32,000 nucleotides of DNA from Candidatus Saccharimonadota bacterium (lineage in GTDB: Bacteria > Patescibacteriota > Gracilibacteria > Absconditabacterales > Absconditicoccaceae). The position numbers and the translations under genes were made by a program. The notes beneath the pieces are model-generated. The model was not told where the DNA came from, searched no databases, and saw only the letters and a list, made by a program, of their open reading frames with translations. Where the stretch lies: the NCBI GenBank assembly GCA_000503875.1, contig CP006913.1, positions 660,001 through 692,000 on the forward strand, read 5' to 3'. Positions 10,797 to 19,514 of this stretch are shown here, one piece after another; the first letter of the stretch is position 1, and each line of letters opens with the position of its first letter.

Positions 10797-11576
10797 ATGT
10801 ATAACGTAAAATCAATCAACTTGAGAGAACTAAATATAGTTCTTGTGAAGAGATCAACAGACAGTACTGTTAAAGTTGAAGCTCCAGAAAAAACAAAAAT
10901 TACCGAGAAAGATGGTACGCTTACAATTGAAGGCGATGGATTATCAACATCTAAAGGTAATATAACAATTACTGGTGGAAATATCTTCGGAAACATGTTC
11001 TCATCATCAAAAACTGTGATAAGAGGTTCTGGAAATATATCTATCAATAATGGAGGAAAATCAGTCAATATTGTTGGCGATAAGGTTTATATTGATGGTA
11101 AATTGGTATCAGGTAAAGACGATGGCAAAGAAATGCCTGAAGAAAAACCTGTTATAATTTACATACCTGATGACTTAAATTGTACTATCGAAGATTGTAA
11201 CAACGTCCAATTTGAAGAAGATTTCAAATTTCAAATTATCGTTTTACAAACACAAGGTTTTGGCGATATAAGAAGTAAAAACATCGAGGCACAATCAGCA
11301 ACTTTAACTGCTTCAGGCCAAAGTGAGATCAAAATCGCTAGTTTAAATACCTCGGTTATGGTAGGAACCGCTAGCGGTCAAGCAACACTTAAAGTGAAAG
11401 ATGGAAAATTTATGCAAGCAATCATTACATCAAGCGGTCAATCAACATTAAAGGTTGAAGGGATAATTGAAAATGTAATTGCTAATTCCAGTGGTCAATC
11501 AACTTGTAAATTTACAACACCAACGAATCGACCAAACATTTCAAAAAGTGGTCAATCTACATGTAAAGCTATTTAA
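10797..11576 (+). CDS. beta-strand repeat protein with SGQ(S/A)T motifs, DUF2807/DUF4097-like (259 aa)
   Basis: Five C-terminal repeats: ASGQSEIKI, ASGQATLKV, SSGQSTLKV, SSGQSTCKF, KSGQSTCKAI. Gly/Asn-rich N-terminal half. No signal peptide seen. Confidence 0.6.
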   Translation: MYNVKSINLRELNIVLVKRSTDSTVKVEAPEKTKITEKDGTLTIEGDGLSTSKGNITITGGNIFGNMFSSSKTVIRGSGNISINNGGKSVNIVGDKVYIDGKLVSGKDDGKEMPEEKPVIIYIPDDLNCTIEDCNNVQFEEDFKFQIIVLQTQGFGDIRSKNIEAQSATLTASGQSEIKIASLNTSVMVGTASGQATLKVKDGKFMQAIITSSGQSTLKVEGIIENVIANSSGQSTCKFTTPTNRPNISKSGQSTCKAI

Positions 11577-11601
11577 TTTAATTCAATTAATTTCAGAAAT
11601 C

Positions 11602-11630
11602 AAGCTCGGTTTATCCGGGCTTTTTTCTTT
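11602..11630 (+). terminator. Rho-independent terminator (copy of the 8612-8638 element)
   Basis: AATCAAGCTCGGT...ATCCGGGCTTTTTT is shared with the 8612 terminator. Confidence 0.75.
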
Positions 11631-11691
11631 TATTGAAAAAAAATATCTAATCCCTATAAGCTAAACCATCATCATTTACCCTCACCTCCTT

Positions 11692-13503
11692 ATGCTCAAA
11701 GAAGACATCATATACGAATTATATCAGTCCCCTAGTCTTGAAAAGCTCAAAGAACTCAAGAAGAATTTTTCTCAAATCAATAAACTCAAAGACTTAGTAA
11801 GTAATGTCGCGTTGATTCAAACCTACCGTGATCTCCTTGCTACGGGCAAGATTACCGCAAACAAAGAAGTCGAGCAATTACTCAAAAAGAGATCCATCAG
11901 ATCTGAGTCGGGAATTGTTGCGGTGCAGGTACTGACCAAACCTTTCTGGTGTCCAGGAAACTGTATTTTCTGTCCCAACGATCCTGAAATGCCCAAGAGT
12001 TACATCAAGACAGAACCAGGTGCTGCCAGAGCTTTGCTCAACCAATTTGACCCCGTTAAACAAGCGTATAATAGACTCAAATCCTTGAATTTATCAGGAC
12101 ATGATACCGACAAAATAGAAATGATCGTCCTCTGAGGGACGTGGGATGTGTACCCAGAAGACTACAAAATCGAGTTTATCAAAGGACTCTATGATGCCTG
12201 CAATACCTTTGATCAATTGGAAATCGACCACCAAGGACTCGATGAAGTGCAAGAAGATAAGAGATATAAATATACCATCACCAACCAAGACACCATCAAA
12301 TACTCCAAAACCATTGAAGAAGCGATCGAAATCAATGAAACCGCTCCCCATAGAATCATCGGATTGACCATTGAAACCAGACCAGAATATGTAACTGACG
12401 CCAATTGCCAGCTCCGAAGAAAACTCGGAGTAACGAGATTGGAAATAGGGATTCAATCTATGTACGATGACGTTTTGGCAGCCAATAAAAGAGGTCATAC
12501 CGTTGCCCAAATCGAAACTGCCTGCCACAAACTCAGACAGTACGGATTCAAGTTTTGCGTGCATATTATGCCAGGACTGTACAAGTCTAGCCTAGAAAAA
12601 GATATCGGAACCTTCCAACAAATATACGATAATCCTTACATCAAACCTGATGAAATCAAATTCTATCCGACATCAGTAATTCCCAACACCGAACTCTTCA
12701 ATCTCTACAAATCTGGTGAATACAAACCTTTGGAAACCGAAGAAATCGCACATATTATCGAGACAACATTGACGACCATTATCCCTCCGTATACGAGAAT
12801 CAAGAGATTGATCCGCGATATTCCTGCAACCGAAATTGCCGCAGGAAGCAACGTAACCAACCTCAATCAACTCGTCCACACCAAATTACAAAACGAACAA
12901 AATCAGAATATCAAATCACGATATCCATTCTTTCAACGCTTATATGGAGACTTCACACAATACGCTACATTCGACGAATATCTAGCCAGCAAAGACGAAA
13001 AACAAACCAGTATTATCGGCGTTGCCCCTGATCTCACCTCTTCGAGAGAGTATATCTCCTTAGACACGAGAAGCAGAGAAATTAGACATAATACCAATCA
13101 CCACGAAGAAACAGCTAACTTAGTTATTAGAAAATATCTCAGCAGCGTAGGCGCTGAGTACTTTATCAGTTTCGAAGATTCATTAGGATATCTCTATGGA
13201 TTTGCCAGATTATTACTCCCGAAAGAAGGTTCAACGATAGACCGAGAATGATTAGGCGCAAATACTGCACTCATTAGAGAGCTTCACGTCTATGGAAACC
13301 TCCAATCTCTCAAAAAAGCAGCTCAAGAACAAGGTGTACAACATACAGGATTTGGTAAACAACTCATGCACATCGCAGAACAAATCGCTCAATCAAAAAA
13401 ATATATCAAACTCTCAGTCATCTCAGGAGTCGGAGTGAAACAATATTATGAAAAAATTTGATATACCAAAGAAGGCACATATGTTGTGAAAAAATTTAAA
13501 TAA
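11692..13503 (+). CDS. elp3: Elp3-like radical SAM / GNAT acetyltransferase (603 aa)
   Basis: Radical-SAM cluster CPGNCIFCP, GGTW (first G is TGA 12133-12135), ETRPEYV, TRLEIGIQS, RLIRDIP, IRELHVYG and a C-terminal GNAT (QHTGFGKQLM, ISGVGVKQYYEKIGY). Joins track ORFs 11692-12135 and 12148-13251 and continues to TAA 13501-13503. Confidence 0.88.
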
Positions 13504-13506
13504 TAT

Positions 13507-13648
13507 ATAAAGTGAGCATTTACATTTTTAGGTAAAGAAAATACATGGAGCCGGTTTGTTTGTGTTTTCTACCGTTAAGAAAATGTAACAGCTCACGAGG
13601 GGTTTTTGGTTACTTTTTGACCTGGGAGCAAAAAGTAACATAAAAAAA
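13507..13648 (+). repeat. structured intergenic repeat, copy 1 (core 13512-13639)
   Basis: About 97% identical to copy 3 and about 94% to copy 2. Long hairpin GTGAGC.TTTACATTTT / AAAATGTAA..GCTCAC enclosing a second stem, then GAGGGGTTTTTGG, then the 11-bp hairpin GTTACTTTTTG / CAAAAAGTAAC. The transcribed strand is unresolved. Confidence 0.85.
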
Positions 13649-13673
13649 TAAATATAGCAGAACGTAAAATATC

Positions 13674-13706
13674 AAAAAAGATCCACCTCAGTGGACCTTT
13701 TTTTTT
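13674..13706. terminator. bidirectional terminator-like hairpin
   Basis: TCCAC / GTGGA stem flanked by A6 upstream and T9 downstream, just 3' of the minus-strand gene stop at 13712. Confidence 0.55.
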
Positions 13707-13711
13707 AGAAA

Positions 13712-15985
13712 TTATTTATATAATGCTTTTACTTCTTCTAATGTAATATCCGGATTAACTCACGCATCCTTCATCAAATCAAATAATTTTTCAATACTAG
13801 AATCAAAACTAGGAATATTGATAGGTAATTTATTTGGATATGGATAGTTATTGTTTACTACACTTTTTTGTAATTCTACACTCTTAAATCCATATTCAAA
13901 ATACGATTTTAATGATGTTTTGGAAAGAACTGCCATCTCTGTATAATTTTTTTTAAGATCAGCTAATAGTGCTTTTTGTGTTTCCAACACTTTAGTATCT
14001 TTTACAATAGATTCTTTCAATGATCTCATTTTTGAAACAATAATATTTATTTGTACCAGAATATCTTTTTCTTTTTGATTTTTTTGTTCTGGAGATCATG
14101 TTAATTTTTTGATCAATAATCTATTTGTATTCTCTTTATCCTTCTGTTCTACTAATGATGTATTATTATTATCAATTCTTTTTTGAATATCATCAACCTT
14201 TATTTGAATATTTTTGATTTCCATTTTTTTAAGTTGCATATGATAACCATAAACAAAAGATTCTATAGCATATTGAGTTGCCATAATGTTATTATCAATA
14301 TAGTCAATTACTTGATTTATTTGTGCAATTTCTTGATTTTTTCTTTCTATATAATTAGTTTCAAAAGATTTTCTTTGTTCCAATAACTGACCTGTTTGAG
14401 TCAAAGCTTTTTCTGTATCATGAAGATTATTGTATAACACAGTAAGTTCATTGATAATTTGAATAACTCTTTTATCGTCTTTCGTTTCTGTCTTTTCTTT
14501 TTCTTTAGCTGCGATAGAAACTTTTATAGATTCAACTGATTGTGTTAATTCTTTCTTTTGTGATTGTAAGCTAACCACATCAGTTTTGATAAATGAATTA
14601 TTATCTTCAAGTTTTAAAATAGCTTCTTTATTTTGGGATAATACTGATTTATACATAGTATAAAGTTTTTCTAATTCTTGAGAATATCTCACATATTCTT
14701 TAAGTAGCTTTTGAACAGTAATTTCTCTTTGTTTGATAACTGATGTTCCTGTAGTAAATTGTTCACTAAGCTTTTCATTTATTTTTTGCAATTCTATTGT
14801 CAAACTATCAATCCCTGTATTATAGAGATCTATTGTTTTTTGAAGACTTATCATTTGTTTTTGAATCTGATTATCTTGAACATCTATTTCTGCTTTTGAT
14901 TCTTGTTTAAAACGATCTGAAATAGCTGAATATTTTTTGTTTTTTTCATCCAATAACAATTTTTGAATATCAGTAAGCTTTGATGCATTTTGATCAATAT
15001 CGTTTTGTTTAACTGGCAGTAAATTACTTTCAATAACTAAATCAGAATCTATGTGTTCCAAAGAATCTGTTATTTCAGTAATTTCTTTTTTGAGAGATTC
15101 ATTTGTTTGCATAAGAGCAACTTTTTTTTGAAAATCATCTTCAGTAATATTTGTTCCCAAAGCCTCATATGTAGTAAATTCTTTTTCAGTATTTTCTTGT
15201 TTAGTTTCTTTATCTTGAAGATCTGAAGAAAGACTTATTTTAGAAGATTCCAAGCTATATACCAATTGTAGCAGTGTTGAATAATCTTGTTGTAAAGAAT
15301 CATTTACTGCAACTTGGTCATTATATACCTGTTCTTTTTCTTGGATACTTGCTTTTGCTTGAGCCAAAAATAGAGCTATAGATCAAGAAGAAAGTAAATT
15401 TTGATTTTGTTTACCTTCTGATTTTTGAGAAAGTAATGCCTTAAAAGCAGTAAATCTTGCTATATATGTATCAATTAGATCATAAGAAATTTCTTTAGGC
15501 CCTGTAGCAAATCTTTCTTCTTTAAGAACAACTACTTTTTGTTTCAAAGAACCAAAAAATGTCATAATTTTATCTACAAAAGGACCTACTTGAGAAGAAC
15601 TTTGAAGAGATTCAGCTTCTGATATAAGTGATTTAATTACACCATCCAAAGAAATTTCTCTTTTTTCTTTAGTAAAAAGAACTTCATGTTCAAATTCTTT
15701 CAAAACTTTAGAAATCATTTCTTTATTTTCTTGCAATTCTTTTTTACCTTCTTCAACTCTCATTTCTCTTTGAATTTCAAGAAGAAGTTGCGTAAAATAT
15801 TTATCTTTTGCAGTCAAAGACTGATCTTTAGCATTCAAAGTAGAATCTTGAACATTTTTATTTTGAGCCATCACTTCATTTGTTGATAATGCTGCAAAAA
15901 GTGAGAAAGTTACTAATAAGGCAGTAAGTTTATTAGTAGAAAAGGAATTGCCTAATGATGAGCGGAGTTTCATGAGTAATACCAT
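13712..15985 (-). CDS. large secreted or anchored coiled-coil protein (~757 aa; alternative start 15973)
   Basis: Track ORFs 15383-15985, 14096-15367 and 13760-14029 share one frame (all low coordinates = 2 mod 3). They are separated only by TGA codons, and both junctions were checked codon by codon. N-terminus MKLRSSLGNSFSTNKLTALLVTFSLFAALSTNEVMA resembles a signal peptide. The rest is Lys/Glu/Gln-rich with heptad-like periodicity. Confidence 0.75.
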
Positions 15986-16077
15986 ATAATATAAATATCA
16001 TTATCTGTTTTATATAAAAAAGGAACAAAAAGTCAATATCAAAACAAAGATTTAAAACAGAAGAGTAATACCTACAA

Positions 16078-16132
16078 AATTTGATTTATCAAATTGCCAA
16101 AATTTGACAAAAATGGGTAAATCCAATACAAT
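16078..16132 (+). promoter_or_regulatory. promoter with an upstream perfect palindrome
   Basis: AATTTGAT-tt-ATCAAATT (16078-16095), then TTGACA (16104-16109), 17 nt, TACAAT (16127-16132). Confidence 0.5.
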
Positions 16133-16162
16133 AGAATATCTTTAATTCTGAATAATAGACGT

Positions 16163-16612
16163 ATGGAATATTGAGAAATTTTAGCACATTTAAAAGCAGA
16201 TCATATCTGCCCTTTTTGCCAAGAAACACATCCTCATATGATTCACGAAAACGAACATATGTATATTATCCCTGCTAGAGCGCCTTATGTCGAGGACCAT
16301 TTGCTTATTATTCCAAAAAGACACGTTATTCTCCTCCAAGAGCTCAATCATCCAGAACTTATTTCTCTTCATGAACTAGTAGATACACGAACAAATAAAC
16401 TTCATACTAAACATGAAGCTGTTAATCTCCTACTAAGAGATGGATTAGCGGATACAGGAAAAAGTCAAAAATCAGTCAATCACCTTCATTTCCATCTTAT
16501 CCCTGACTGCCCTATCTGAGAAAAAACTGGGAAAGGCGAAGCAAATCGTCAATTTCTAGAAGATCATACATACACAATTCTTGCTGAAACTATAAGAGAA
16601 ACCTATAAATAA
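16163..16612 (+). CDS. HIT (histidine triad) family hydrolase (149 aa)
   Basis: NHLHFHLIP histidine triad, N-terminal CPFC, LLIIPKRH. Two in-frame TGAs. Frame-checked from ATG 16163 to TAA 16610-16612. Confidence 0.8.
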
Positions 16613-16641
16613 ATCTAAATTTTTATATAATATAAATAATC

Positions 16642-17106
16642 ATGAATATCTTATTTGTCTGTAAAGGAAATATTTTTCGTAGTATGTCTGCGGAATATCT
16701 CACAAAAAAACATCTAGAAAAAATAGGTATGGAAGCTATCAATGTTTCATCTGCAGGAACTGAAGCAAATCCACAAGCAGCACATCCAACAACAGTAAAT
16801 CGTTTAAAACATTATCATTGCGATCCTAACAATCATACCCAAAGAAAAATTTCCAAAGAAATTTTAGCACAACAAGATCTGATTATCTGTATGGGAAACA
16901 ATCATAGAGAGGTTATCGAAGATATGGGATTCGACTGTTTACTATTTAATGAAATAGCTTTTGATATCTCTACTGATGTTCCTGACATAGAAGAATTCCT
17001 GGCTCCAGGCTATACAGAACAACAAAAATCTGACTATATAATCAAAACGATAAACTATATTCACAACGCTATTCCACACTTGATTGACCATATTATCCAA
17101 AAATAA
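16642..17106 (+). CDS. low-molecular-weight protein-tyrosine phosphatase / ArsC-like (154 aa)
   Basis: N-terminal P-loop ILFVCKGNIFRS (CX5R-S signature). Confidence 0.8.
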   Translation: MNILFVCKGNIFRSMSAEYLTKKHLEKIGMEAINVSSAGTEANPQAAHPTTVNRLKHYHCDPNNHTQRKISKEILAQQDLIICMGNNHREVIEDMGFDCLLFNEIAFDISTDVPDIEEFLAPGYTEQQKSDYIIKTINYIHNAIPHLIDHIIQK

Positions 17107-17131
17107 GCTCCTCCTCCAAAGGAGTTTTTTT
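17106..17131 (+). terminator. Rho-independent terminator
   Basis: CTCC...GGAG hairpin followed by T7. Confidence 0.6.
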
Positions 17132-17194
17132 AATTGTATTTTTGGAGAGAAAGTATAAGATACTCAAGCAATTTTTAGAAAATATAAGAAACCA

Positions 17195-18496
17195 ATGAAT
17201 ACACCAAAAATAGTTGCCCCAGGAGGATCCTACCAAAAAGCTATCGTAGCGAGTACCTACGGAGCCGATGAAGTATATGTCGGGGTTCCGTTCACTTCGC
17301 TAAGAATGAGACAAAACAAGATCACCGGATTCGACGAGCTCAAAAGAACCGTAGATGCTCTGCATGCCCGCGGAACCAAAGCCCTTTTGACGATGAATAT
17401 TTTTCCAAGAAATACCGATATTTCTATCTTTGAGCAGACCGTAGAACGTATCGCTGATGTAGGCGCCGATGCTATTATTTTTTCTGATCCAGGAACCTAT
17501 AAAACTATTAGAAAATATGTACCAAATATGCCACTCCATCTCAGTACACAAACAAGTACCCTCAACTCTGCTTCCGTTGCTTTCCGAAGAGATCTAGGAG
17601 TAAAAAGAGTTGTTCTTGCCAGAGAATTGCACATCGATGAAATCGCTCAAATCAAAAAAGATGTTCCAGATATGGAGCTCGAAGTTTTCGTTCATGGAGC
17701 GATGTGTATGAGTTATTCAGGAAGATGTTTGCTCGGTGATTATATGAATGGAAGACAAGCCAACAAAGGTGAATGTTCTCATTCATGCAGATTTAAATAC
17801 AAAGTACGACTAGAAGAAGAACGCAGACCAGGAAAACTTTTCCAACTAGAAGACGATGAAAATGGCGTTCATATTTTATCATCCAAAGATCTTTGTACTA
17901 TCGATAGACTCGCTGAATTAATGCCCCACGTAGATGCCATGAAAATAGAAGGAAGATCAAAATCAGAATTTTATGTAGGTAGTGTTGTAAAAGCGTATAA
18001 ACATGTTCGTGACGCTATCGTTGCTGGCACGCCAATCGATGAAAATATCAAAAATCTCGTAAATGTAATACCGCATAGACAATATCGATCAGGATTTGTT
18101 TTCAACAAACTCGCCGATTACCCAGAAGGAGAAGAACCGAAACAGAAAAACGAGTCAGTCATTGCGAACGATAGTGCAGCAATCCAGATTGAAACTACAG
18201 AAACCTCGACCACCCTCAACACTGCTGGTCCTCTCTTTAACCGCAACAATTTTTGAGTTTTCTCAGATAAATATATAGAACATAACGGCAAAAAATATTT
18301 TCAAATAGATCCCAAAGAAGTTATCACCAGAGGGATGAAGATTAAATATATCGCAAAAGATGGAATAGGTACGCTAGAAATTCTCGATATTCTCAACAAC
18401 AAAGGAAAAGAGATAGAAAAGGGTGACTGCAATAAACCAGACGTTTATATTTTGACAGATAAAGAACTGACAGGACGAGAATTGTTATATGATTAA
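17195..18496 (+). CDS. peptidase U32 family protein (RlhA/TrhP-type) (433 aa)
   Basis: EVFVHGAMCMSYSGRCLLGDY..GRQANKGECSHSCRFKY is the U32 signature region. VLARELHIDEI also present. Extends past TGA 18254-18256 to TAA 18494-18496. Confidence 0.85.
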
Positions 18497-18499
18497 AGA

Positions 18500-18527
18500 T
18501 TGACTTTTAAAATAAAAAAGATATAAC
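18500..18527 (+). promoter_or_regulatory. sigma70-type promoter
   Basis: TTGACT (18500-18505), 16 nt, TATAAC (18522-18527). Same ATTGACTTTTAA architecture as the promoters at 8199 and 10306. Confidence 0.55.
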
Positions 18528-18576
18528 GCGGATGAAAAAAATAAAAAAAACAAAAAAAATCTAAAAAATCTAGAAA

Positions 18577-18903
18577 ATGAAAAAGATTACATTTATTCCA
18601 TCTCCTACAAGGATAGACAAGATGGATATCAAAACACCTGAAAAAGCCGAAGAATGGATTCAAAAAGGATTCTTTTTGACTGAAAATCTTTTTGAACAGC
18701 TGATTATGGTGTTTAAAGATGTAAAGATCATTTTGGAAAGCGATCAACATCGTATTGGTGAAGACGTTGATCTAGGAACTGAATTAGAGATCATCTCTTT
18801 GACAACAAAAATTCGTTTCCAAAAAGGGTGGTTCTATCTATCAGATCTTTTAGGGTTAGTGAACACTGGCAAAGTGAAGATGACGTTTGTCGTGAATGAG
18901 TGA
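18577..18903 (+). CDS. hypothetical protein (108 aa if TGA 18901-18903 ends it; otherwise read through in frame to 19410)
   Basis: ORF with no internal TGA. The TGA is followed 3 nt later by a strong terminator. Under strict table 25 the frame stays open into the next gene. Confidence 0.5.
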   Translation: MKKITFIPSPTRIDKMDIKTPEKAEEWIQKGFFLTENLFEQLIMVFKDVKIILESDQHRIGEDVDLGTELEIISLTTKIRFQKGWFYLSDLLGLVNTGKVKMTFVVNE

Positions 18904-18905
18904 GT

Positions 18906-18943
18906 AAACAGGGTTTCGGTACTTTCCGATTCCCTGTTTTTTT
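18906..18943 (+). terminator. Rho-independent terminator
   Basis: AACAGGG (18907-18913) / CCCTGTT (18932-18938) followed by a T-run to 18943. Confidence 0.75.
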
Positions 18944-19014
18944 ATATTGCTCTTGTATCTCAACGCTCAATTGATAGAAATAGGACATACATTTTACCTT
19001 ATAACTATTTTCTT

Positions 19015-19410
19015 ATGGAAGAAACCAAAAAAAATTGGAGCATCTATAGAGTTTATCTTCTTATCGCAAGTCTCGTATGACTTATTGGAGGATTAATTTC
19101 TTTGGGTATTGCTCTTACGTCACTAGGACAAAGATTGATTATCACAAACGACGAATATGTAAGAGGCAGAATGATGTATGAACTACAACAATGTAAAGAA
19201 TCATATTATTATGGTAAATCTGCTGATACAAAATGGAGTCCTACTGAAGATCAAATCAAAGAATGTGAAGCAAAAAAAACTGACGATCTTATTTTCGCAA
19301 GAAGATTGGAAGTAAAAGAAACTGTTTTAGGAGGCGGAATTCGAGCAATTCTTTTCGCTGTACTTTTTTTCACTCATTACCCAAGATTTAGAAAAGAAAA
19401 CAACGCATAA
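19015..19410 (+). CDS. membrane protein (131 aa)
   Basis: ATG 19015. TM segment YRVYLLIASLVGLIGGLISLGIALT (one TGA Gly) and a C-terminal hydrophobic segment. TAA 19408-19410 plus terminator. Confidence 0.6.
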
Positions 19411-19428
19411 TTTAAAAAAACAAGAGAA

Positions 19429-19455
19429 GAAGATGCTCCAGGGCATCTTTTTTTA
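19429..19455 (+). terminator. Rho-independent terminator
   Basis: AGATGC (19431-19436) / GCATCT (19443-19448) plus T7. Confidence 0.75.
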
Positions 19456-19514
19456 AAAAATCAAAAAGCATCTGATCAAGGTCGATAGCACAGTGGAAAA
19501 AGGAATTTACACTA

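Noticed and set aside
13546-13650. A 34-codon ORF inside repeat copy 1 (ATG GAG CCG GTT TGT ...), which would make the repeat a small-protein gene.
   Set aside because: In copy 2, indels shift the frame and give a different 14-codon peptide ending early (MESNLFVFSTVKKM). In copy 3 the 60-nt insertion disrupts it. Conservation follows the base-pairing, not a reading frame.
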